Part shown: piece after piece, positions 39,631 through 50,900 of the stretch
How the letters are laid out: every line of letters begins with the position of its first letter
Position numbering within the stretch: the stretch's first letter is position 1
From: Candidatus Poseidoniales archaeon
Lineage (GTDB): Archaea; Thermoplasmatota; Poseidoniia; Poseidoniales; Poseidoniaceae
DNA length: 64,000 nt
Direction of reading: 5' to 3'
Assembly (NCBI GenBank): GCA_003602475.1
Contig: QQSC01000010.1
Span: 20,374 to 84,373, forward strand
Notes under the pieces: generated by a model
Database searches by the model: none
What the model was told of the DNA's origin: nothing
What the model saw: the letters and a program-made list of their open reading frames with translations, nothing else
Translations under genes and position numbers: made by a program

Positions 39631-40062
39631 ATGGTGTGGAGTGAAGAGGATGTCGAACTCGTTCCCGTAGCCTGGCTCAAGGCTCACGAGGAAATCAAAC
39701 CAAGAAACAAGGAAAAGCTCCTTGAGATGACCAAGCGGTGGGGTGGATTCACCAAACCTCTTGTCGTTGACCAACGAACAGGTGTCATCCTCGACGGTCA
39801 CCACCGATATCATGTCAGCATGAATCTAAACCTTGCTCGTGTCCCCGCCATTTGCGTTGATTACATTGCCGACGACCGCGTCACGGTCACCGTTTGGCCG
39901 GCATGCGGCCGGACCGATTTGACCAAAGCAGAGGTCATTTCGATGGGGTTGTCCAACGATGTGTTCCCTCCGAAAACGAGTCGGCATTCCATGGCCGACG
40001 ATTTGCCACCGATTCACGTGTCGTTGGAGCGGTTGGCGCTGCTTCAAGACGAGAGCCCTTGA
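39631..40062 (+). CDS. Stand-alone ParB/Srx N-terminal domain protein
   Basis: LKAHEE, PLVVD....VILDGHHR. Confidence 0.8.
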   Translation: MVWSEEDVELVPVAWLKAHEEIKPRNKEKLLEMTKRWGGFTKPLVVDQRTGVILDGHHRYHVSMNLNLARVPAICVDYIADDRVTVTVWPACGRTDLTKAEVISMGLSNDVFPPKTSRHSMADDLPPIHVSLERLALLQDESP

Positions 40063-41861
40063 CGCGTTTGAAGCCACATTCGCCATTTCTCGTTGCCTTT
40101 TCCGTCCAACTTAACACCGTGGCCTGGTGGGTTGCTGGGGGACACATCGACCGTTGTCAGGACGCCTTCATGGACCACATCCAAGGACGTTGGTTGGCCT
40201 GCTCTTCCAAGGACCAATTTTGAAAGGTGTGCGGATGATTTGACACGCAATCCGTTGACTGCTAGAATTTCATCACCGACTTGTGTGAGGTTTCTGAGGG
40301 GCGACCCCTGGTGGAAGGTGGTGATTCGGATGCGATGTCCGTCGTCTTTGAGGCCCACGCCTAACCAAGCGTCGAGGTCTTTGATGGGTCGCTCGGGGCC
40401 TAGTTTGAGTCTAAAATACGACATGGCTTTTTCAACGGGTGGGGCGGTGCGGTGTTTGACCAATCGATCCAGGAAGGGGCCCATTGACTGACCTCCCGGT
40501 GCTCCCTGGAGGGTTTTTCGGATGTCTTGGTATTCTACGCCAAGACCCAAAGGTTCAGTGGCACCCATGGCGTAGTTTGCGCAAACTTCCGCCATCAAGT
40601 CGCATGCACCGTAGGTGTTTTTGTTGCGGCGACGCAATTCAACGTCCAAGCACATCATGGCCAATTCTCCCTCAAGGTAGTATGAGATTTGGCTTTCTCT
40701 CGTGTATGGTCCCCCTCTATAGAGGTGTATCCACGCATCGTGACTTGATTCTGCAAGGGATTCCCGGTGGCACCCGTTGCACCGCTTGTGGCGATTCATT
40801 TTCCTCATGAAATCCAATCGCCAGTCTTCTTCAGACCATGCTCCAGAACGAACGCACATCATGTCGCCCAACCAAGAGGTGCCTCCTTCGAACCACCACA
40901 AGAGGTCCGTGTGCCCTTCTGATTGAAGGTCATAATCGAGGAACGAGGTTGGCTTGAGTCGTTTGACGTTCCACTGATGAAGGTATTCATGGGAGAACAG
41001 GCTAACGAGGTCCCTGTATTCTTCGTCGTGACCCGGGAACAAGCACGATCGAGGCATCATGGAGGTTTGAGAGTTCATGTGTTCAAGGCCGCCTCGCCCC
41101 GTATCCGTCAGTTGGAGCACAACCGTGTATTCTCCCCAAGACGGGACGCCGAAGAGAGCGTGGTGCTCCTTGATGATCTTCTCCATGTCATCTTGGAACA
41201 CAGCCAACCGCTCTGGATTTGGTTCGTGACCACCGCTGTCCCAGATCTTGAGGTGATGCGGTCGACCGTCCACAACCCGTGTGATTGGGGCGTTGGGATT
41301 GACTTCCATGATGCTGTCAAGAAGGGCGTCTCGGTTGGGCGCGCTGAAGGCCCAACGACGCCCCCCGTTGCGCTGTTTGCCCTTCTCGAGGGTGGTCAAT
41401 TGAGTGGCAGCGTGCCAGGATTCAGGTGCGGTCAATTCCACACGGTGCTCCTGATGGCAACGGTCCGGGTCAATGCCCTTGGTGGGCCAAAACCACGTGT
41501 ACGGTGGCATCATGTGAAGGTGAGTCGAGTCAAAGTGATTGGAACGAACGGACAATTCTCGAGCGAAGAGGTCGTAGGTTATTCGTACCTTTGAGGTTGA
41601 TTTCTTGAGGTGAACCACCATTCCGTCCACATTCATCCGTTTCCAATTCAACGCATCGCCGCCCTCATCTTCTGCGGTGAAGTTGAACATGTGTTGAATG
41701 GGTTCTCGCAAAAAATACGATCCCGGGACCCAGCGAGGAAACTTGAGGTGAAGGCTACGAGAGGTGAACGGTCCGTCCAATTCCAAGCCGATTTCCAGAC
41801 GATGTTCTTCAGGGTTCATGGCGTTGATGCTGAACGTCATTCCCGAACTTGTGGAGGTCAT
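40044..41861 (-). CDS. M61 glycyl aminopeptidase with PDZ domain
   Basis: PRWVPGSY, GGLEHMNS, HEYLHQWN, LWWFEGGTS, GDEILAVNG; ATGA overlap with HEAT gene. Confidence 0.92.
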   Translation of the reverse strand: MTSTSSGMTFSINAMNPEEHRLEIGLELDGPFTSRSLHLKFPRWVPGSYFLREPIQHMFNFTAEDEGGDALNWKRMNVDGMVVHLKKSTSKVRITYDLFARELSVRSNHFDSTHLHMMPPYTWFWPTKGIDPDRCHQEHRVELTAPESWHAATQLTTLEKGKQRNGGRRWAFSAPNRDALLDSIMEVNPNAPITRVVDGRPHHLKIWDSGGHEPNPERLAVFQDDMEKIIKEHHALFGVPSWGEYTVVLQLTDTGRGGLEHMNSQTSMMPRSCLFPGHDEEYRDLVSLFSHEYLHQWNVKRLKPTSFLDYDLQSEGHTDLLWWFEGGTSWLGDMMCVRSGAWSEEDWRLDFMRKMNRHKRCNGCHRESLAESSHDAWIHLYRGGPYTRESQISYYLEGELAMMCLDVELRRRNKNTYGACDLMAEVCANYAMGATEPLGLGVEYQDIRKTLQGAPGGQSMGPFLDRLVKHRTAPPVEKAMSYFRLKLGPERPIKDLDAWLGVGLKDDGHRIRITTFHQGSPLRNLTQVGDEILAVNGLRVKSSAHLSKLVLGRAGQPTSLDVVHEGVLTTVDVSPSNPPGHGVKLDGKGNEKWRMWLQTRQGLSS

Positions 41862-42850
41862 GCATCGAGTTCCGTTGCGGCGGTTGATAGGTTCTCGCAT
41901 GCCACCCGAAGCAGAGGGTTAAGGTCGCTGTTGAGCATGGTTTCCACCCGCTGCTTAACGCTGGGTTCATTGGCTCGACCAATCAATCGTTCGAGCAGGA
42001 TGGAGCGGTCGATGAGGCCAAGTGATTCATCGTCAACCAAATCCCAGCGTAGAGCGTCTTCATGCTGACCTTGGTGGAGGACCCACTTGGCCAACACATC
42101 GTGGCCACCTGCACGTTTGAAATTCTCTACGTGAAGATCCTTGGAGGACGACACGTTTGAACGCAAAAGCGAAGCAAGGGCCTTTCGGTCCGTGCCGTTG
42201 AGTCTTGAAAGCACATCGGGAAGGGCATCGCTCCAGTGCTGAGTGACCCACCAAACCAATTCCGGCGTTGGGCTTGTTTGGTTCAAATACGGCAGAACAA
42301 CATCCGATTCCACGGCATGCCCGTCTCGTAAAAGCCCCTGCAGTGCGAGGCGCTGGACATCATCATCCGCATCGTTCAAACCTTGTTCCAACATGTCAAA
42401 CGGCAAGCCTGGTCGAGCGAAGACAGCGCGGCGAACGATGGGGTTGCTGTGGGTTGCTAAGGCTCTCCTGTCCTCGTCTGAGCCCCAACGTAGAACCACC
42501 AAAGCGGCTTGGTGATGCACAAGAGTGTCCTCGTTGAGCAACACGCCTTGAGCGGCTTCCACAGCGTCCTCGCCGAATTCTGCCAACAGGTTCACACCAG
42601 CTTGTCGAACGTGGAGTTCAGGATGCTTCAACAACACATCAACGCTTTCGACACCGACCATTGGGGCCCATTTGCGGTGAGCGTCGATGGCTTTGGCCAC
42701 GAACCAAGGATCGTCATCGTTGAGCAAAGTGACGAACCCTTCGAGCGCTTCGGGTCGGTCGTGTTCATAGAGGTCACGCACCGCTCGTCGGCGCGTTCGA
42801 ATGTCCCGATGAGTGAGGCGGTTCATGGCTCGTCCCAAATCGGTGGGCAT
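41858..42850 (-). CDS. HEAT-repeat protein
   Basis: Repeated LLND.D..V...A motifs (LLNDDDPWF, LNDADDDVQRLA). Confidence 0.75.
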   Translation of the reverse strand: MPTDLGRAMNRLTHRDIRTRRRAVRDLYEHDRPEALEGFVTLLNDDDPWFVAKAIDAHRKWAPMVGVESVDVLLKHPELHVRQAGVNLLAEFGEDAVEAAQGVLLNEDTLVHHQAALVVLRWGSDEDRRALATHSNPIVRRAVFARPGLPFDMLEQGLNDADDDVQRLALQGLLRDGHAVESDVVLPYLNQTSPTPELVWWVTQHWSDALPDVLSRLNGTDRKALASLLRSNVSSSKDLHVENFKRAGGHDVLAKWVLHQGQHEDALRWDLVDDESLGLIDRSILLERLIGRANEPSVKQRVETMLNSDLNPLLRVACENLSTAATELDA

Positions 42851-42890
42851 GGGTGTGTGAAAGCGCCGTCCCTCATAGGTCTGTTGAATC

Positions 42891-43523
42891 TTATCGCAAC
42901 TCCCACCAAACAAGGGCCATGGCCACGGGTACCAGCATCAACAACCTTCGGTGCATGTGCTGCGTAGCCCTGAGATGCTCAACATAACTGGCAGGCATAA
43001 CCTCCACGCTTGAGGTCAGGCCGCGCCGGCGATGCTGGGGCACATTGGCCTCAATGTAGGTCATCATCTTTGCTCGGAGCTCGGGTTCTCTGCTGTTTTG
43101 CTGCCCACGTCCAACCACCAGCCGAACCGGATGGTGCTGACACTTCTGGAGAGCGGCTATGGCGATTGACAACGGGTCGATGGCGTCGTGCAGGTCGACA
43201 CGAACGGCACGTCCGTCACTGCGCACATGACTCAACACCCTCCATCGCCCAACGCCCTCGTTGTAGGGTTCCAAGGAACGTTGGAGTTCGGGGAGTGGGT
43301 CGACGGTAAAGGCAACAGGCACCGTCCGCCAACCGAGCAGCGGGCCGAGGAACACAGCGGTCACAAAGGGTGTGATGCAAAGAAACTGAGCGGTCATCAG
43401 CAACTCATCGGGCTGAGTGAGTGAGGACACGACGGCCAATGAAAACCCGAGGAACACCCCCACAAAGAACCCCGCTTGGACGCCGGTGACCAAGCCAATG
43501 CGCTTCATCCCTTCATCGGTCAC
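42891..43523 (-). CDS. Membrane protein with Smr-like domain
   Basis: Two N-terminal TMs, VDLH...VRLVVGRG..NS....LR, C-terminal TM. Confidence 0.6.
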   Translation of the reverse strand: MTDEGMKRIGLVTGVQAGFFVGVFLGFSLAVVSSLTQPDELLMTAQFLCITPFVTAVFLGPLLGWRTVPVAFTVDPLPELQRSLEPYNEGVGRWRVLSHVRSDGRAVRVDLHDAIDPLSIAIAALQKCQHHPVRLVVGRGQQNSREPELRAKMMTYIEANVPQHRRRGLTSSVEVMPASYVEHLRATQHMHRRLLMLVPVAMALVWWELR

Positions 43524-43601
43524 GGACGGTGGGTGGCTGATGGCGGATTCAATCCTTCCGATGTTCGCAAGGTCTTTACGGCGGCCTCGTGGACTTGAAC
43601 C

Positions 43602-44375
43602 ATGGAACGGAACGGGTTGGAGGACCGATTCCGTGAACGCCGCATCGGCGGTTGGGTGCTCGGGGTTTCGGGTTTCTTTTTCATCTCCTTTTTCTTGGCG
43701 CCATGGACGGTTGATGCAGGCACCATTGTTGATTTGGAAGGGCGGGCCAACGCGTTTGATTTTGCCACCAGCGACGGGTGGGGGTCAGCAGGGAACACGA
43801 ATTTTGTTCAGGTTGATGCCAACGGCACCGTTCATCAACACGACCGATTGGTTTGGACCTCATTGAACCCTTATGCTGCGCTTATCTACGGGTTCGGTGA
43901 CCTCAATTGCCATCAAAAATACGAACGCTCCTTGGAAGTGAATGCGAATCAAATGCCCGTTTGCACCCGGGACGTGGGTATTTTCTTCGGGCTGGTCCTT
44001 GGTGGGATGGCCTTCAACCGCAGAGGGTGGAACCGCTGGACGGTTCGTGACACTTGCCTTTCGATGCTCCCCGAAGCCTGGCTCCAGCCTGTCTATCAAA
44101 AGAATTGGCGCACGATGGCGTGGTTAGGCGTTGGCCTTCTGCTCTGTTTGCCCCTCATTGCTGACGGGTTCCTGCAATTGCTCACATCGTACGAATCCAC
44201 AAACACAAAGCGGATCTTAACGGGTGTACCCTTTGGGTTCGGGCTGGGCGTGTTGATGTGTTCCATGTTCGCAGCCCGAGCCGACGCCTTCAGCTCAGCA
44301 GGTCAGGTGCTCTTGCCAGGGAGTTCGCGTTTTGTCCTTTCCTCAACCGAAACAGCGCGTCAGGAATCGGAATGA
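43602..44375 (+). CDS. DUF2085 membrane protein
   Basis: CHQKYERS, QMPVCTRDVG, DGFLQ....YESTN. Confidence 0.88.
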   Translation: MERNGLEDRFRERRIGGWVLGVSGFFFISFFLAPWTVDAGTIVDLEGRANAFDFATSDGWGSAGNTNFVQVDANGTVHQHDRLVWTSLNPYAALIYGFGDLNCHQKYERSLEVNANQMPVCTRDVGIFFGLVLGGMAFNRRGWNRWTVRDTCLSMLPEAWLQPVYQKNWRTMAWLGVGLLLCLPLIADGFLQLLTSYESTNTKRILTGVPFGFGLGVLMCSMFAARADAFSSAGQVLLPGSSRFVLSSTETARQESE

Positions 44376-45727
44376 TTCGGCGGTGGAAGGGACCACCACA
44401 CCACCAACTCTTCGGGTGTCGACGGAATGGGGCAACCTTCGTGGCCGCTGGTGAGAATTTCGAGCCGGTGATTGACATCATGAACGGCTTTTGTCAAGGT
44501 CGGTGACAGCGCTTTTCCTTCCTCTACATGAAGGACATCCCCCATGGCTTGTTTCCATGGCGCCCCAGGGTTCGCTCGTCGCCATGAAGCAAGCGTGCTG
44601 CGAAGCGGCCACATTGCAAGTGTCAACCGTGCGAAACCCAACCGCTCGTCTCGAAGCTTGAACAATTGAGCGTCTGAGAAAGGAACGTGGTTCTGCTGCT
44701 TGTGAATCCAGTTCTCGTTGAGCAACCACCGCACGAGCCGTTGCGTATGGCGCTGTGTGACAACCCGGACCGGTCCCAAGGACGTGTACAAACGCGGCAC
44801 TTCTGATGACCCCACCATCAGCGAAAGGGTGCCGAGGATGGACCATACAGAGTGAGCCAATGGCGTCAAGGGGACGTCGTTGGCTTCTGCAGAAGCGGTT
44901 GGCCAATGCTGCTGGGCATCCTCCATCCACTGCGAGGGTGAGGCGCCGCCCAACCAGCCCACGTGGAGGGCCGTGCGTTCTTGTGGGGCGCCGGGCAGTC
45001 GCTGTTGCTTCTTGACCTCATGGACCAGGCGGTTGAGCAAATGTCGGTCCACTGCGTCTCTGTCGACGTTGAGGGGGTCGGGTTTGCGGTTGAAGAAGCG
45101 TCGCAATTCCTTACGAAGGGCGCGTTTGAGTTCATCGAGCCCCCCTTCGTTCATGATGGGGCCCACCACGTGACATCGGTCAAACGGTGATGGGACATGG
45201 CCTCCTTCAGAAAACAAGGCGTGGAATCCAGCACGGATGGTGGTTTGAATTTCCTGCGTTTCAAAATATTCTTGCTTCTCGCTGCTCATTCGCAGGGTCC
45301 CGCTGTTGATTCGGCGCATGGCTTTGGCAGGGTCACAATCGATCCAAAAAACGAGGTCGGGAATCATGGCTGCAGCGTTCATGTTGGCCACCTGTTGCGG
45401 TCCCAAATCACCCACCACGCCCTGATAGATGATCGAGGAGTGTATGTTTCGGTCCGAGACAACAACGGTCCCAGCCTCGAGCAGCGGTCGGATGAACGTG
45501 TGGGAGTGGTCCAATCGATCGGCAGCGAACAGACCGGCCTCCTCGAGGGGGGTTTTGTTGCCGAGTTTGACCGAAGAAAGCGCCAGCTTTCCCAGTTCAC
45601 TGTGGCGTCGAGGTTCGTGGGTCATGACCACGTCGGGAAAGGCGAAATCATGGAGCAGTTCGCCAAGAATCCGGGCTGCTTCACCCTTGCCTGACCCGTC
45701 GCCTCCCTCCACGGTGATGAGGTACAT
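44360..45727 (-). CDS. tmk: Thymidylate kinase with ~240-aa C-terminal extension
   Basis: ITVEGGDGSGK, THEP, LFAADR, VSDR...SS.IYQG, PDL. Confidence 0.85.
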   Translation of the reverse strand: MYLITVEGGDGSGKGEAARILGELLHDFAFPDVVMTHEPRRHSELGKLALSSVKLGNKTPLEEAGLFAADRLDHSHTFIRPLLEAGTVVVSDRNIHSSIIYQGVVGDLGPQQVANMNAAAMIPDLVFWIDCDPAKAMRRINSGTLRMSSEKQEYFETQEIQTTIRAGFHALFSEGGHVPSPFDRCHVVGPIMNEGGLDELKRALRKELRRFFNRKPDPLNVDRDAVDRHLLNRLVHEVKKQQRLPGAPQERTALHVGWLGGASPSQWMEDAQQHWPTASAEANDVPLTPLAHSVWSILGTLSLMVGSSEVPRLYTSLGPVRVVTQRHTQRLVRWLLNENWIHKQQNHVPFSDAQLFKLRDERLGFARLTLAMWPLRSTLASWRRANPGAPWKQAMGDVLHVEEGKALSPTLTKAVHDVNHRLEILTSGHEGCPIPSTPEELVVWWSLPPPNHSDS

Positions 45728-45729
45728 GT

Positions 45730-46587
45730 TCAGTCCTCGCGCATGTCGTTGTAATCTTCTCTCGCAAGGACATTGACAACCATGCCGGCGACGATGAGTG
45801 TTGGTCCGATGATGATCAGCCCTCTGCTAAGCAAGGCCACACCTGCCAGGTATTGAGAACGACGATAGTGAACTCCTCGCCGGGTTTCGATGGCGGATTG
45901 AATACCCGCAAACGCAGTGATGATGGTGAGGAATCCAATGATGCTGGACAGGCTAACAGCGTTGTCGAGGCTCCAGCCGTCCGACGTGGTGCCCTCAGAT
46001 TCGGTGTTGATGCCTTCACCGACCTTCATGGTCACTGGGCGGAGTTCAACCCTGTCGGGCGTGAACGTCCGTTTGACCGTAACATAGCCGTCTTCCATCA
46101 CCACCAAAAGATGGACTTCATTGGCCATGTTATCGAAAGTAAAGTACCCGTCTTGATTGGTTTGAACGGTTTGGAGAAGCGCTTCTGAGTCAGCGTCTCT
46201 CAACTCAACGGTGGCGTTGGCCAAACCGTGCCCGTCATCATCAAGAAGAACCAATCCGGTGATGCTGACGGAGGCTTGGTCTTCGAACAGTGAGGTGCTC
46301 AACAGTTCGGAAGGATTTCCTTGCAAGATCAGCGCACCGCTGATGATTCCCAAGATGCTTCCCACCATGATCAGTCCTGCAGCCATGTTCCGCCATCGGT
46401 CAATGTCACGGTCTTGCATGGCCAGCCAATCGTTCTCAGCTTCGACTTCTTCTATTTGCTCGATCACCATCAACTCGCTGTCGTCGACAACCAGGTCGTC
46501 TTCGTGGCTGTTGGCCTCTCGTTGAGCACCGAGCCGCGCCTGGACGCGGGAACGAAGAGCCGACATACGTTCCTCTCGTTCATCCAT
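45730..46587 (-). CDS. Membrane protein with carboxypeptidase-regulatory-like beta-sandwich
   Basis: TM, then ITGLV..D.G.GLANATV...TNQDGYFTF...GY, then TMs. Confidence 0.7.
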   Translation of the reverse strand: MDEREERMSALRSRVQARLGAQREANSHEDDLVVDDSELMVIEQIEEVEAENDWLAMQDRDIDRWRNMAAGLIMVGSILGIISGALILQGNPSELLSTSLFEDQASVSITGLVLLDDDGHGLANATVELRDADSEALLQTVQTNQDGYFTFDNMANEVHLLVVMEDGYVTVKRTFTPDRVELRPVTMKVGEGINTESEGTTSDGWSLDNAVSLSSIIGFLTIITAFAGIQSAIETRRGVHYRRSQYLAGVALLSRGLIIIGPTLIVAGMVVNVLAREDYNDMRED

Positions 46588-46658
46588 TGCGCCAGCACCC
46601 CCCTTCGTTGAAGCGAGGTCGTGCGCGGATAAGACCCCTTTCCTTGCTCATCGCGTGG

Positions 46659-47846
46659 TTAGGACTTCCTTAACAGCCATTCCGTGAAGGCGATAAGGCC
46701 GAGCACCAAACCCAACCCGAGGCCCGCAAGTACGGCCAAACCTGTGTTTTGGGCCGAATCCGGAGTGGTCGGTTCGACCACCGCGACTTCCTCTTCCACT
46801 TGAGGTGTTTCAACGGGAGGTTCAAGGTCCAAGAAGGCTTGAGTGCGCAAGCCAAGTTCCACCAAGCGGCCCACCCGTTCGAGGGAACTGGCACTGACCT
46901 TGTCCGGTGTGTCTTCCATGGTGTGCCAATAGGTGCCGAAGGTGCCAATTTTTTTCTCACCGTACACGGGATCCATGATGTTCACGCTGGGGATCCCAAG
47001 TGCCAAAGGATGGACATGGTCATCCAAGACAGCGGTTGAGACGTTGTATTGCATGATGTTGAGACCTGGTGTGCCGTCGCAGCCTTCCTCGCCAGCGATC
47101 AACCCCAACGCTCCTCCCAAGACCACAAGTCGTTGTTTGAGGGTGCTGTTGCCCGGTTCAATGTTGTGGAGCTGCAGGTCAGCATCGCCGACCATGTCCA
47201 ACAACACAAATGCAGCGATGTTTTCAATTTCATCTGCACTGAGAGTCTCTGACCACGCCTCTGCGCCTTCCGTGTAATTTTCATTTTGATCTTCAGCGTC
47301 GTTGAAGAAGAGGGTAACGGAGTGATTGAGGTTCAGCGACGGCACGATATCAATGAATTCCATCAGGATCGCTGTGCCGCTTGCGCCATCGTTGGCTCCG
47401 GGGACCGCAAGGGTCGTGTTGGTTTGGTTTGAGTCCTGATCAGCTTTGTTTCTTGAATCGTAATGGGCGCTCAGCACCAGCATTGGCTGACCTGGTCCGC
47501 CGTTGCCGGTGTGGGTGAGGAACAGGTTTGTGAGGGTGATGTTGTGCCGAGTATGGACGGAAGTGTCAACGGTCCATCCGTTCTCTTGCCCTTGTTGGGA
47601 AATGATGTTCCGCAGGTCAGCGGAGGCGTTTGAACCGGGGATTCTCGGTCCAAGGTTCACCTGGTCGCTCACCGAACGGTTGGCTTCGTCACCATCGAAC
47701 ACGAGATTCTCGGTTGCATCGCAGACCTCACTTCGCAGCATAAACGAGGAGTCCGAGTCGGCGGATTGAGCGAACGCCGATGTTCCTGTAAAGGCCAGCA
47801 ACAGCACCGCAGCGAGTGTGTTGAGGCGGACAAGGCGGTGAGCCAT
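46659..47846 (-). CDS. M28 family peptidase / glutaminyl cyclase-like, membrane anchored
   Basis: Signal peptide, SAHYDS, GANDGASG, DAED, LLDMVG, DDH, WHT..D, C-terminal TM. Confidence 0.88.
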   Translation of the reverse strand: MAHRLVRLNTLAAVLLLAFTGTSAFAQSADSDSSFMLRSEVCDATENLVFDGDEANRSVSDQVNLGPRIPGSNASADLRNIISQQGQENGWTVDTSVHTRHNITLTNLFLTHTGNGGPGQPMLVLSAHYDSRNKADQDSNQTNTTLAVPGANDGASGTAILMEFIDIVPSLNLNHSVTLFFNDAEDQNENYTEGAEAWSETLSADEIENIAAFVLLDMVGDADLQLHNIEPGNSTLKQRLVVLGGALGLIAGEEGCDGTPGLNIMQYNVSTAVLDDHVHPLALGIPSVNIMDPVYGEKKIGTFGTYWHTMEDTPDKVSASSLERVGRLVELGLRTQAFLDLEPPVETPQVEEEVAVVEPTTPDSAQNTGLAVLAGLGLGLVLGLIAFTEWLLRKS

Positions 47847-47931
47847 GTTGATGCCTTCACCACGGACTCTTAAATACCTCCTTTTCTTTCGTTAAATTGG
47901 AATCTACCCCACGATTCCTACGGTGACACCA

Positions 47932-50900
47932 ATGTCGGAACAACGCTCCACTCCCGCCTTGCTTCTGGCCCTTGTCATGGTGGTGACCGTTCTCTCACCA
48001 CTGGTGGCTGCATCCGGTGACGAACAATCCGGATCCACGGAGCAGGCTTACGATGCTGAAACCGGCCTTATTGTCGGTGATTTGAGTGATTTCGACCCCT
48101 CCGACGGTGCGGATTATCTTTTCATCCACGAGGCAGAACCCGTGGTTTCAGCAACGGGATTCATGCGACAAGCATGGATCGACGCAGGGCGCCCCGGTGT
48201 TGACGACATGAAATACGAGCCGGTCACCTCTGGCCGCTCGGCCCGTTCCTGTACTCCGCACACCGTGGGTGACACGCTCACTTCCAACACCGCCGATGGC
48301 ACAAAAAATGTCTACGTTGCAAAGACCACCAACTCCGTTGCCTTCCTCGTGGAATCTGGACGAACCCTCTCATCCACGGTTCTCAACAATCTTGCCAGCA
48401 CCTGGGACACCACCATTTACCCAACGATGACCACCTACTACGGCAAGGATTACCAAGACGGGCGTGGATTGGCTCCTCCCGATGTCGACAACAACTGCCA
48501 AGTCCAAATCGTCGTGTATCAAATGGACGGGGCTTACGGAACCGGTGGTTACTTTGCGCCCTCCTATTCCTCATCAAGAGAAGCCGTCTTTGTCGATTTT
48601 GCAGACATCACCCTCAGTTGGGGCAAGTCAATTCTCGCTCACGAATTGCAACACTTGCTTCACAACGCTCTGGACCCGTACGAGAACTTGTGGATCGACG
48701 AAGGCAATGCCGATGTTGCAATATACCTCTGCTTTGGTGCCGATTCCACCCTTACTGGACACGTCAATGCGTGGACAGGAAGTCCTGAACAGTCGGTTCG
48801 ATGGTGGAATCAACGTATCGCAGATTACGGTGCGGGCTACATGTTCACCATGTACCTCGCCGAACATTTGGGTGGAGGGCCTGCTGTCCGCCAATTGGTG
48901 CAGGACTCCGCCACCGGTGGACTGGGTGTGGAAAACCTCGCCCTTTCACCTCAAGCCGGTCAGGTCGGACTTTTGGGAAGAACAATGGGCGAAATTTATG
49001 CCAATTTCAGCATCGCTGCAACACTGGATTCGGATCAAGGAATTTACGGATACCCCAGCTTAACTTTGAATCCTGTTTGCTCTGGAGGAAGTTTCTGTAC
49101 TGCGCAACCCACCGAAATCAACAGCGATTGGTCTTCGCCTTGGTCGTCGACTGGCAACACCCTCGAAGGCTGGGGTCTTCGCTCGTTCAAATTTACACCG
49201 GGTTCAGCGTCTGCTGCACCGCTCACAATCAGAGCAACAGCCGACGTGTCGCAATTCGACGGCGTTGTTGTCACCAAATCCACCATCGATGGTTTGTGGT
49301 CCGCTACGGACCTGAATTTTGTCAACAACGTGGCCACGGCATTGGTCCCCGGTTTTGGCAACTTGACCGATGAAGTCTACGTCATCACCTGGTATGCCAG
49401 CACCGTCGCCGATTGCGATTACACCTCCTGCGGCCCCAGCTACCCGACCGGGATTGTGGATGTGGAGGCGGCCCGAATCACTTCTCCCGCCACCCTTGCA
49501 CTCAACACCACCGCTCTCTCAGACCGAGACGGAGACGGCCTTGATGACACGGTCATGATCAGTTACGGTGTGTTGTCGAATGCGTTCTTTGAAGACTTGG
49601 ATGTCAACATTCTCGTCACGGACAGCTCTGGCAACAACGTGGACACGATCACCGATCGCATCGCTGCAGGAGGCGGCCAAGAAGTCACCAGTGAGGTGTA
49701 CTTTACCGCCCCACAAGCCGGACAGTACAATTTCAACCTCGTCATGAACGATATGTTGGGTGCTGTGGTTGATTCGGCTCAGACTCCACCCCAAATACTG
49801 GGGAACATGAAACCTGTCGCCAACGGTACTGTGGCCTCGGGTGCGGTTCAAACATGGGAAAACATTCAGTTCCTCGGCGACGGTTTTGACGCTTGGGGCT
49901 TGTCACTGGACAACAATTCACTCCCTTACTTCGATTTGCCCACAGCGTATGCTTGGACATTCGGCGACAACGGTTCTTCGAACCTTAAGTCTCCGTTGCG
50001 CTCCTACACCTCGGTGGGCGCCTTCAACGCCACCCTGCGGGTGATGGACCAAGGAGGAACCTGGTCGGATACCGACGTGCACGTTGTCAACGTGACGGAC
50101 GCTTCTGCCCCGGTGCCAATCGTGACCGTGAACAACGTTGTCATCGACAACGAGATCACCTTGCTGACCGATCAGCGCATCCTTTTCTCGGCAGGCCGAA
50201 CCGTTGACAACGTGCCTACGGAAGAACTCAACTTCCAATGGGATTGGGGCGACGGGTCAACGGACGGTGGAGTGGGAATGTACGCCGCACAGCACGAATG
50301 GGGTGAAGTTGATGGAGAGAACACGACCTACAACCTTACGCTTGAAGTCTCAGATGGCTACAACGTGGGCCAAAAAACCATTCTGGTCAACGTTAACAAT
50401 CGAGTTCCCGTTCAAATCTTTTCTGAAACCTTGACCACTCAAACCTACACCACTTTGGTCATGCCGGATGTGTTCATTGACCAAGACGGTGAACTCGTGG
50501 CTTACGACTGGACGTTTACTGACGGTGCCCGCTTGGGTACAGGGACGCCCACCAGGAGCGATGAATTCTCAACGGTCACCAGCGCACAAGCCAATCCTAT
50601 ACTGGCTTGGGATACCCCGGGTAACAAGACGGTCAGCCTTACCGTGACTGACGACGATGGAAGCCAAATGACGGCCCTGTTGAACGTGGTGGTTCTCAAC
50701 CAACTTCCATTTGCAGCGTTTGATGTTCGAACCTCCTCAGCTTTGGGCTCATCAGATATTGACTTCCGTGAAACCGACGGTGAGGTTGATGAGGCGTATG
50801 TTTTCGATGGCCGACTTAGCATGGATCCCGATGGAACAATTGGCGATTCAACGGACATCGCTGTTTGGAATTGGACATTCTCCGATGGTACCTTCGGTGA

